DNA of 64,000 nucleotides from a virus. Where the stretch lies: UHGV virus genome UHGV-0183930; one strand, written 5' to 3'. The position numbers and the translations under genes are program-made. The notes under the pieces are model-generated. The model ran no database searches. It was given only the letters and a program-made list of their open reading frames with translations, and had not been told where the DNA came from. Below, in pieces: positions 1-7,477 of the stretch. Within the stretch, counting starts at the first letter, position 1; the number at the start of each line of letters is the position of its first letter.

Positions 1-126
1 TTTTTTTTTTGATTCATAGTCATGAGGGGGATATACACCAACCCCACCTCCCCCATCACTTAGCCAGTGGGGTCATACCCCCGTGGTTTAAACAATTATT
101 CATTAACAATTTAAATCATTTACATT

Positions 127-387
127 ATGGACAATCAGTTAAAATTCCGTGAGACATTGACAGTTGAACAGTTTAAAGCAGCTCAACATGTGGACAAAAT
201 CCAAGTGAAACAGAATCCTAAGACCAACAAGCTGTTCTTCACCTTTGGTGCTAAGACAGGAGCTGTTGCAGTTAAGGGCATTCCACAGCATCCTATGGTA
301 TCCAATGTTGAAGCACCTGATGGCACATCATTCTGGTTGCTGCATGAAGAAGGCACAGGTGGTGCACCAGTGTTGGCAACATTCTAA
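127..387 (+). CDS. hypothetical phage protein
   Basis: 86-aa ORF with A-rich leader, followed by a hairpin terminator. Confidence 0.75.
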   Translation: MDNQLKFRETLTVEQFKAAQHVDKIQVKQNPKTNKLFFTFGAKTGAVAVKGIPQHPMVSNVEAPDGTSFWLLHEEGTGGAPVLATF

Positions 388-389
388 TG

Positions 390-420
390 AAGGAGGGCTT
401 TGCCCTCTTTCTGTTTTATT
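390..420 (+). terminator. rho-independent terminator
   Basis: GAGGGC-TTT-GCCCTC hairpin followed by T-rich tract right after the ORF stop. Confidence 0.6.
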
Positions 421-426
421 CTTCTG

Positions 427-678
427 AGCATTAATAGTATTTGCTTAGCATTAATAGTATTCTCAAACCCCTTGAAAGATTAGGTATGAGTACTACTTAT
501 TTTATTATATGAAACCCTTTGAAAGATTAAGTATCATATAATAGTAAGTTTAAGGTAGATGCAGGTTAGTTTAAATGCACTAACCAAGCATCAATACTAT
601 TTTCTCTAAGCATTAATAGTGTCTGGTTAGATACAATCTACTCCTATTATCACATATCTCTTCTGGAGTATTAATAGT
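427..678. repeat. direct repeats AG(C/T)ATTAATAGT x4 and AAACCC(C/T)TTGAAAGATTA(G/A)GTAT x2
   Basis: 12-mer at 427, 447, 609, 667; 23-mer at 465-487 and 512-534. Confidence 0.85.
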
Positions 679-1392
679 GGTTGAGGAGATTTAATGCTCA
701 GATGTAGTAAGTTGTAGGCTTTAAGTAGCCAATCTTATTGCATTAGAGCTTGTATTAGAGTGCATGAAGAATAGTGTCTCAAATGTCCTTTCTTTATTCT
801 TTCTTTCTATGTTTGTTGAAAGTGTGAAAGTGTGGAAGAGTGAGTATTACTCTGTAACAATTCCCCCACATTATGCCACATTCAAAGAAATCAAAAAAGA
901 AAAAGAGGAGTAATAGAATAACTGAATTTACTGGTTACATTGTTAGACTAAACAGTGTTTTTAGTTTAATTGGACCACAAAAAGGCATATAATAAGCACA
1001 CAGTAAGCATACCAATGGGCTAATTTAGGCAATCAATTGTGAACAATAGTAGTAGTTGACAGGACATATGCCATTAAAATATGTTAAGAAAGAACTAATA
1101 ATTAAATAATAAGAATAAGATATTGAGTGATGTTACTTCATGTGTTGACCACTTAGGGGACCTAACATACATCCACCTGAAAGATGAAATAATGGGAGAG
1201 AATGGTAGCCTGTAAGTCCTGCTTGAGACAAAAGTCAGTAGTGTTAATACTTAGACATAATTGTCAATAGAAGAGGTAAGTCAGAAATCCCAGAGGGACT
1301 CACATGTATTAACCGAGTAAAGGAAACCTAAAAAGAAAGTCTGCCTATTTAAGGAAGAGTACACCTCTGCAAGTAAATAAGCTCATATTAAA

Positions 1393-1482
1393 GGCACATT
1401 AGCTCAGTGGTTAGAGCATCATATCCAATGATTTTAAAGGTAGTTGGAATGAAGGTCACTGGTTCAAATCCAGTATGTGCTT
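1393..1482 (+). tRNA. atypical tRNA-like gene with extended anticodon arm
   Basis: GGCACAT/ATGTGCT acceptor, GCTC/GAGC D-arm, ACTGG-TTCAAAT-CCAGT T-arm; anticodon arm TCAT-A-TCCAA...TTGGA-ATGA encloses 15 nt instead of a 7-nt loop. Confidence 0.75.
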
Positions 1483-1513
1483 CAATTATTAACAAATTAA
1501 CTTATAAACATAT

Positions 1514-1852
1514 ATGGAACAATCAAATTACAGAAGAAGAACTTATACCCAAGAAGAAGATGCAATTATTATTAATTGTGTTAAAGAGTCTCCTGATAAT
1601 ATATCCAGAGCTTTAAGACAAGCCTCACAATCAATTGGGAGAACTTATAAAGCTGTTTCTCAACACTATTATAAATATTTGACTAAGCCAAATCATAATA
1701 ACAGAACAAATGCTTGTTTTATGACTGTAGGCAAGGAGCAAGTAAATGTAAATAGGAAAATAACAAGGGAAGGGCAATTTGCAACAAAGCAGAATCCAAC
1801 TCAAAAACCATTATCAAAATGGAGAAGAATACTAAATATCATATTTGAGTGA
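1514..1852 (+). CDS. putative Myb/HTH-like DNA-binding protein
   Basis: YTQEEDAIII...IGRTYKAVSQHYY resembles a Myb/SANT repeat. Confidence 0.55.
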   Translation: MEQSNYRRRTYTQEEDAIIINCVKESPDNISRALRQASQSIGRTYKAVSQHYYKYLTKPNHNNRTNACFMTVGKEQVNVNRKITREGQFATKQNPTQKPLSKWRRILNIIFE

Positions 1853-2061
1853 TTATGGCTAAGAAATATAATAGAAATAATTGTAGTTCTGAACTAAGAG
1901 CTACAGTTACAGACCAATTGGGTAGAACAGTTTCACTGTTTGGGACACATGCTTTTGAATGGTCAATAGTAATTGCATCAGACAATAGCATCACAATGCA
2001 GACCTTCCAGAAAGGTGATATTGCAAGAAAAGAGTTCAATAAATACAAAAGAAAAAGATAA
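1849..2061 (+). CDS. hypothetical protein
   Basis: ORF overlapping both neighbours (translational coupling). Confidence 0.65.
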   Translation: MIMAKKYNRNNCSSELRATVTDQLGRTVSLFGTHAFEWSIVIASDNSITMQTFQKGDIARKEFNKYKRKR

Positions 2062-2243
2062 TGGATTTGAAAGAATATACTCAATTATTGAAGCATAATA
2101 AGTACAAATTGTACAAACATATAGGTAATAACCTTATTAAGGTTGGGGATATTTATGCAAATACAGTTGAAGAAGCTGAGCACTTGGCATTATTGAATCA
2201 CATTAAATATGATATTATTACAGTAACAGAATTCTTAAAATGA
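2061..2243 (+). CDS. hypothetical protein
   Basis: coupled small ORF. Confidence 0.6.
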   Translation: MDLKEYTQLLKHNKYKLYKHIGNNLIKVGDIYANTVEEAEHLALLNHIKYDIITVTEFLK

Positions 2244-2392
2244 AAAATACATTTGGACTTATAGCAATAATGGGAGTATTATCTGCTATGTGTGGTATAG
2301 TCACTGAGATTACAGCAATAATAACAGTAATCTGTGGTATTCTTTACCTGTTTTATCCAACCACTAATATCAATAGATATGAAGAAGATTAA
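2240..2392 (+). CDS. small membrane protein (50 aa, not in ORF track)
   Basis: ATGA overlap; MKNTFGLIAIMGVLSAMCGIVTEITAIITVICGILYLFYP... is hydrophobic. Confidence 0.6.
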   Translation: MKNTFGLIAIMGVLSAMCGIVTEITAIITVICGILYLFYPTTNINRYEED

Positions 2393-2606
2393 AATAATAT
2401 TCAAGGGTATGTTATTATACATGACTATCCTTGTAACCATGATATTCATGATGGGTGTAGATAGTATTTATGACCAAGGATATTTCTTTTATGGTATAAT
2501 GCTGGTGGCTGCACTTGTATTTGTGTGTTATAAAACTATTAACAAAGAAGAACTTGAGGTGCTTACATTATGTAAGTATCTCAATTCCAAAGATGAATGG
2601 GTATGA
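2379..2606 (+). CDS. small membrane protein
   Basis: MKKIKIIF start; two hydrophobic segments. Confidence 0.65.
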   Translation: MKKIKIIFKGMLLYMTILVTMIFMMGVDSIYDQGYFFYGIMLVAALVFVCYKTINKEELEVLTLCKYLNSKDEWV

Positions 2607-2809
2607 GCCAATTAACACTAAAAGATGTTAGAAACATTATGCTTTCCAGACTTCAAGAAATGGAAGAGAGGGAGGCATCAATGACAAAGGAAGAAAAACT
2701 TCTTAGAGATAAAAAGAGACAAGAATCTATAAAAGGCTGTGGGTCTAATCATGACTCTGATAGATATGTATATATCAATGGACGTGAATATATAGACCAC
2801 GGCTGGTGA
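2597..2809 (+). CDS. hypothetical protein
   Basis: coupled ORF. Confidence 0.6.
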   Translation: MGMSQLTLKDVRNIMLSRLQEMEEREASMTKEEKLLRDKKRQESIKGCGSNHDSDRYVYINGREYIDHGW

Positions 2810-2829
2810 AAAAAAAAAAACAATAAACT

Positions 2830-3759
2830 ATGGTACGGACAATCAATGTGGTTTATACTACACGAAAATTATCTGGGTCAGAAGCAAGTAAACTTAAGGC
2901 TTATATATTCTTATGTAGCTATGACCAAATAAAAGTGGGAGACTTGATTGAGTCTCCAATGTACACCACATCAATGCAGGTCATTGGTGTAAGCAACTAT
3001 GCTGCAAGAGAGCAGAATGGTATCACTCTTAAAGATATTATCATTGACACAATCAATGGTGCAAAAGTATCAAACAATCAATTAAACAACAATCAAAAAT
3101 CAAACAAAATGGAAAAGAAATCAGTATTCAGCAGCTTTATTGAGAAATATAAATCACAGTTCATCCCTGAAAAAGAAGAGTCACTGAAACTCTCAATGGA
3201 TGGCAACATTTGTGTGCCTATTGGTAGTGAGTATGTTGGTATCAATGCTGATAATGAACTCATCAGTTATCCTACTGAAATGTGTATGGATGTTCCGGTG
3301 TATATCATTTCAAAACCCTTCAATCAGGTGCAGGTAGGTGACATTGTGAAGTTGAACAATTCCTTCTTGAAAGTGCTCAGGAAGAATGACAATGGTACAT
3401 TACAGTGCTTGTCATTCTCTGGATATTCTTCAAACAGAAGAGAAATCAAGGACTTTATGTTAGGTCAGGCTCTTGTGAGAGTAGTTGTGAATATGTTCTC
3501 AGGCATGACAACTAATGGATTCAATCCTATGATGTTGGCTCTTGCTAACAATGAAAACATGGACATGAAAGACCTCATGATGATGCAGATGATGCAGGGA
3601 AATGGTGCAGGTTTCAATCCTATGATGCTCATGATGATGATGATGGACAAAGGTGGAGATAGCTCCATGTTTGAAACCATGATGATGATGCAAATGATGG
3701 GTGGACAGAATCCTATGATGGGATTCATGAATCCTGCCACTAATACAGAAAAGAAATAG
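2830..3759 (+). CDS. hypothetical protein with Met-rich low-complexity C-terminus
   Basis: 309 aa; repeated NPMM and MMMMQMM motifs. Confidence 0.8.
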   Translation: MVRTINVVYTTRKLSGSEASKLKAYIFLCSYDQIKVGDLIESPMYTTSMQVIGVSNYAAREQNGITLKDIIIDTINGAKVSNNQLNNNQKSNKMEKKSVFSSFIEKYKSQFIPEKEESLKLSMDGNICVPIGSEYVGINADNELISYPTEMCMDVPVYIISKPFNQVQVGDIVKLNNSFLKVLRKNDNGTLQCLSFSGYSSNRREIKDFMLGQALVRVVVNMFSGMTTNGFNPMMLALANNENMDMKDLMMMQMMQGNGAGFNPMMLMMMMMDKGGDSSMFETMMMMQMMGGQNPMMGFMNPATNTEKK

Positions 3760-3822
3760 GTATGTGTTTATATAAGGTTAATTAGATTGGAGTAGCTATG
3801 TTGTGAAACATGGCTACATTTT

Positions 3823-3895
3823 GCCCTCATAGTTTAAGTGGATAAAACAACTCTCTCCTAAAGAGTAGTTAGAGGTTCGAGTCCTCTTGGGGGTA
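3823..3895 (+). tRNA. tRNA-Arg(CCT)
   Basis: full cloverleaf: GCCCTCA/TGGGGGT acceptor, ACTCT-CTCCTAA-AGAGT anticodon arm, AGAGG-TTCGAGT-CCTCT T-arm. Confidence 0.92.
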
Positions 3896-3960
3896 CACCA
3901 TTTTATTTATTATTAAACAATTGATACAAGGGAGCTGGTATGTGAATATAGGCTCTTCAT

Positions 3961-4267
3961 GGGGCATGATTTGGTTTTGATTATTAATTATTTGGTAAGA
4001 GAACATGCAAAGACTGATGGAAAGACATCAAACAATTAACTGACAACACTTATAGAGTTGCTGCCTAAGGGCTGAGCCACACTTGCTTGGAAACAGAAAG
4101 GTGTATAGTCATAAGCAAAGATTTCTTGCATAGATTAATGCAAGTGGTGGATTGTGTTGATTTCTGGTCAACCCCAGTGGATAACCAACCACATATCAAA
4201 TAGGTAAGCATGTGAAATTCTTTTATTAAAGATTAGTAAGACGAGGGTTCGAACCCCTCATGCTCCA
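3961..4267 (+). ncRNA. ssrA: tmRNA; tag (A)DNTYRVAA* at 4042-4068
   Basis: GGGGCAT/ATGCTCC acceptor with G3.U70 alanine determinant; T-arm GAGGG-TTCGAAC-CCCTC; TTAACT before the resume codon; tag ends AA-stop. Confidence 0.88.
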
Positions 4268-4356
4268 CAACTGTAAATGGTTTTGGTCTGGTGTGGGCTG
4301 CAATAATTCATGTTAATTGCAACATGTAGTGGTAAACAACTAAAAATATATAAGTA

Positions 4357-4809
4357 ATGAATTTAGTAAAGATATTAGAAGGTAAGGAGGGTACATCATT
4401 ATACTCTTCTTTATATGGGGAGTTAACATTGTTTAATATTAATGAAACAGATAAATTTCCTATTGCTTGTTATGTTATTGGAACAGGTGAAAAAGTGTAC
4501 TTTACAAAGGAGGGACTCTATTTTAGAGAGTATAAGGATGCTGAATGTGTATTATTTCCATCAAAATCTAACAGAAATTGGGAGAAATTCAGATATGACT
4601 TACCCAAAGGAACTCCTGTCATGGTCCGTAGTAATACTGAAAGTTCATGGATGTTTAGATATTATGCTGGGGACAGTTATGCCTATTATAAACAAGAATC
4701 CTCTTGTAGAGATAAGAGTCAGTGGAAGTACATTATTCCTGTAGATAAATTCAACTTTGAAGATAGAACTTTTAATACAAAAGATAACTATGGTACAGCT
4801 AATAAGTGA
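4357..4809 (+). CDS. hypothetical phage protein
   Basis: 150-aa ORF with AT-rich leader. Confidence 0.75.
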   Translation: MNLVKILEGKEGTSLYSSLYGELTLFNINETDKFPIACYVIGTGEKVYFTKEGLYFREYKDAECVLFPSKSNRNWEKFRYDLPKGTPVMVRSNTESSWMFRYYAGDSYAYYKQESSCRDKSQWKYIIPVDKFNFEDRTFNTKDNYGTANK

Positions 4810-5212
4810 GTTTATCCTGATTGGAGTAATAGGAGGATTGTTGGGCATATTCTACAGGAATTGTCTTAAGGCTGAGGGAATGATATTCAATGGATTTTAT
4901 TATAGAGTACTCAAACCTTGGGCTGAACTTGAAGATGATTTGGAAGAAGAATGTATATATTACAAATTATCCTTTGCAGATAAATTAAGAAGGTGGGTAT
5001 CTTATCCTCTTGGTTACTGTATATATTGCAGTTCTACTTGGATTACATTCTTCTTATGTGCATTATGGTTCATTAACTGGCAATCATTGCCTGATTGGAA
5101 CCTGATAGTAATAGGAGTATTAGCTGCAACAGGTGTACAACATTTAATAGTAGCTTGTGCTTGCAGATTCTTAATATTTAAACATCCTGATTTAGATGAA
5201 AACAACATTTGA
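4790..5212 (+). CDS. membrane protein with CxxC (DUF1360-like)
   Basis: hydrophobic segments; PLGYCIYCSSTW motif. Confidence 0.6.
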   Translation: MVQLISEFILIGVIGGLLGIFYRNCLKAEGMIFNGFYYRVLKPWAELEDDLEEECIYYKLSFADKLRRWVSYPLGYCIYCSSTWITFFLCALWFINWQSLPDWNLIVIGVLAATGVQHLIVACACRFLIFKHPDLDENNI

Positions 5213-5280
5213 GTATGGCAAAGATTATTTGCCTGAGATTTGGTATTAAATAACAGAAGAATGTTAAAGGTGGAAATATA

Positions 5281-5312
5281 TTTGCGTATATGAAACCTTT
5301 TACATATCTTTG
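5281..5312 (+). promoter_or_regulatory. Bacteroidota primary-sigma promoter (-33 TTTG / -7 TAnnTTTG)
   Basis: TTTG 5281-5284, 20-nt spacer, TATCTTTG 5305-5312, upstream of Ro60. Confidence 0.8.
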
Positions 5313-5341
5313 CAGTGTCAATTAAATAAAGAAACAATTCT

Positions 5342-6760
5342 ATGGGAAAGTTAAATCCATTAGTGAAACCAACTTCAAAGTTGGATACAGAAAGACTGGC
5401 TGGTGGTTCAGGTGCATTGGCAGCTAAACAGAGTAATGTAGCATTATTGAGGAGAGCTGTATTAGCTAATCTTCTTTGGGAAGATGTTGCATATATGGAT
5501 GGTAAGAAGGTAGCAGAAGAAATCAAAAGGTTAATACCCTTGTGTCCTGCCATTGATGTGTATAATATTGCTCTTGAAGCAAGATTAATGCAGAAGCTAA
5601 GACATACACCACTGTTTATAGCAGTGGAAATGTGTAAATATCCTGAACATAAGCTGTTTGTAGCTGACTTGTTGCCTAAGATTATTACAAGGGCTGATAT
5701 GCTTACAGATTTCTTGGCATTATATTGGAAGGATGGTAAAAAGCCTATCTGTAACCAAGCTAAGAAAGGATTGGCAGCAGCTTTTCATAATTTCAATGAA
5801 TACAAGTTTGCTAAATATGACAGAGATGCAGCCATTAAGCTGAGAGATGTTATGTTCTTATGCAGACCCAAGCCAAATAATGATTATGAAACCAAGCTGT
5901 TCAAGAAGATAGCTGACAGGACTCTTACATCACCTGAAACATGGGAAGTATTACTTTCTGCTGGTGAAGATAGGAAAGAGACTTGGACTAAACTAATCTT
6001 TGAGAATAAGATTGGTGGTTTGGCTATGTTGAGGAACATAAATAACATGAAGAAGGCAGATGTGGATAGAAGAGTTATTGTTGAGGGATTGACAAAACTC
6101 AGGTCTTCAATGTTATTACCTCTTGACTTCTTAAAGGCTAACAGGATGAATCCTAAGTTCAGTAGAGATATTGAAGATGCTATGCTTGAAGCATACAAGA
6201 ATCTACCTAAACTTCCGGGTAAAACCTTGTTTATAGTAGATGTCAGTGGTTCTATGGGTAGTCTTACTTCTGGTAATTCTCAGTTCAACAGAATGGACCA
6301 AGCATGTGCAATGGCTATGTTAGCTATTAATCAATGTGAGGACTATGAACTTGTTGCCACAGCAGGTAGTGATGCAGCAAGAAAGCAAGCATCAGAACAT
6401 ATCAAGTATCCTCAAAAAGGATTTGGTGTATTCAATCAGATTATGGAAACCAGAAATAGAATTGGTGGTGGAGGTATCTTCACTAAACAATGTCTTGACT
6501 GGTGTAGAAACCAGTTTAAAGGAACCAAGTTTGATAGAATCATCATATTCTCAGATTCACAGGATATAGACTTCCACTATAATAATTCTATCCTTCCTGA
6601 GCCTTTTGGTCAGTACAATTACATTTGTGATGTATCAGCCAATACAAGAGGTGTGAATTATAGAGGTAGATGGACTGCTGAGATTTCAGGTTGGTCAGAG
6701 CATTTTCTCACTTATATTGCAGCTTTAGAAGGCTTGCAGAATAAGTTTGAGGAACAGTAA
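5342..6760 (+). CDS. Ro60/Rsr-like TROVE-domain RNA-binding protein with C-terminal vWA domain
   Basis: EYKFAKY..IKLRDVMFLCRPKP, PETWEVLLS, LAMLRNINN TROVE motifs; vWA MIDAS DVSGSM; IIIFSDSQ; C-terminal ISGWSE. Confidence 0.92.
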   Translation: MGKLNPLVKPTSKLDTERLAGGSGALAAKQSNVALLRRAVLANLLWEDVAYMDGKKVAEEIKRLIPLCPAIDVYNIALEARLMQKLRHTPLFIAVEMCKYPEHKLFVADLLPKIITRADMLTDFLALYWKDGKKPICNQAKKGLAAAFHNFNEYKFAKYDRDAAIKLRDVMFLCRPKPNNDYETKLFKKIADRTLTSPETWEVLLSAGEDRKETWTKLIFENKIGGLAMLRNINNMKKADVDRRVIVEGLTKLRSSMLLPLDFLKANRMNPKFSRDIEDAMLEAYKNLPKLPGKTLFIVDVSGSMGSLTSGNSQFNRMDQACAMAMLAINQCEDYELVATAGSDAARKQASEHIKYPQKGFGVFNQIMETRNRIGGGGIFTKQCLDWCRNQFKGTKFDRIIIFSDSQDIDFHYNNSILPEPFGQYNYICDVSANTRGVNYRGRWTAEISGWSEHFLTYIAALEGLQNKFEEQ

Positions 6761-6764
6761 AATA

Positions 6765-6854
6765 TAATGTTGTATAGTGTATAATAGACTTACTTCAAGC
6801 TAATATGGATATAGTTTACCAAACAATAGTCTGTTAGTTGTTCTTACAACATTA
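6765..6854 (+). ncRNA. Ro60-associated Y-RNA-like unit 1
   Basis: 10-bp terminal stem TAATGTTGTA/TACAACATTA; bulged T then AGTG/TTCT; inner stem TAATAGACT/AGTCTGTTA; TTACTTCA 6790-6797. Confidence 0.75.
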
Positions 6855-6861
6855 ACTTATA

Positions 6862-6939
6862 ATGCCATTAGTGTGTTACAGATTTACATCAATAATCTCT
6901 TAAATTATCTACGATAATCTGTTAAATGTTCTATGGCAT
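6862..6939 (+). ncRNA. Ro60-associated Y-RNA-like unit 2
   Basis: ATGCCAT/ATGGCAT stem; TAGTG/TTCT; ACAGAT/ATCTGT; TTACATCA 6884-6891. Confidence 0.75.
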
Positions 6940-6946
6940 ATCTTAT

Positions 6947-7029
6947 AAAGACATCATTAGTGAAGCAAAGAGTTACTTCATAAATGGTTATATGGCAATA
7001 TTACTCTTGCACTATTCTATGATGTCTTT
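6947..7029 (+). ncRNA. Ro60-associated Y-RNA-like unit 3
   Basis: AAAGACATCAT/ATGATGTCTTT stem; TAGTG/TTCT; GCAAAGAG/CTCTTGC; TTACTTCA 6973-6980. Confidence 0.75.
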
Positions 7030-7038
7030 TATTTTTAT

Positions 7039-7180
7039 AGAGGGATAGCTCAGTTGGTAGAGCAATAGAATGAAAATTGTACTCTGTTTAAGGTTCTACA
7101 GTAATATGTTAGTGTGAAACAGAGTTAATTCAATAATCGGGAAAATCTATAGGTCATTGGTTCAAGTCCAATTCCCCCCA
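7039..7180 (+). ncRNA. tRNA-Phe(GAA)-like scaffold with permuted motif (unit 4) inserted in the anticodon loop
   Basis: TAGCTCAGTTGGTAGAGC D-arm; ATAGA/TCTAT anticodon stem enclosing 76 nt; ATTGG-TTCAAGT-CCAAT T-arm; acceptor has two A-C mismatches. Confidence 0.75.
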
Positions 7181-7194
7181 CAATTAAAACAAAT

Positions 7195-7333
7195 GGGGAT
7201 GTGGTGAAATAAAGCAAGTTTTATCCTCTTATTAGTGTTCTCCCGAAGGGGTAGTGTATTATAAGAGTTACTTCAAGGTTTACACAATTGTCAGTAAAAC
7301 AATCAAATGTTAGTTCGAGTCTAACCATCCCCA
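7195..7333 (+). ncRNA. tRNA-like scaffold (GTA anticodon) with permuted motif (unit 5) inserted in the D-loop
   Basis: perfect GGGGATG/CATCCCC acceptor; GTG/CAC D-stem enclosing about 76 nt; ATTGT-CAGTAAA-ACAAT; GTTAG-TTCGAGT-CTAAC. Confidence 0.75.
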
Positions 7334-7336
7334 CAC

Positions 7337-7476
7337 AAAGATTAGTGATATACAACACTTACTTCAATATTATACATAAATTAAAGTAAATTAAAGTAAG
7401 AAAGGAGTAGATTTTTTAATCAACTTATGTCCTTAGGGGCAACAATTTCAGAGGTGTTGTAGAATATTCTATCTTT
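7337..7476 (+). ncRNA. Ro60-associated Y-RNA-like unit 6 (long loop)
   Basis: AAAGAT/ATCTTT stem; TAGTG/TTCT; TACAACAC/GTGTTGTA; TTACTTCA 7359-7366. Confidence 0.72.
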
Positions 7477-7477
7477 T

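Noticed and set aside
1..90. T10 and GC-rich G/C tracts at the window start as a genome terminus or structured element
   Set aside because: A hairpin is possible, but it sits at the window edge and its function cannot be supported without flanking sequence or reads.
1125..1140. Seventh copy of the Ro-associated motif (GAGTGATGTTACTTCA)
   Set aside because: The octamer is present, but the spacing is wrong and no P1/P2 stems or UUCU partner were found.
3465..3740. His-rich and Ile-rich minus-strand ORFs
   Set aside because: Antisense shadows of ATG repeats in the Met-rich gene.
5014..5553. 179-aa minus-strand ORF and other antisense or alternate-frame ORFs in the track
   Set aside because: They overlap well-supported genes on the coding strand and have no motifs.
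6765..7476. CRISPR array interpretation of the repeats
   Set aside because: Only short motifs are conserved, stems vary with compensation, spacing is irregular, two units are permuted, and there are no cas genes.
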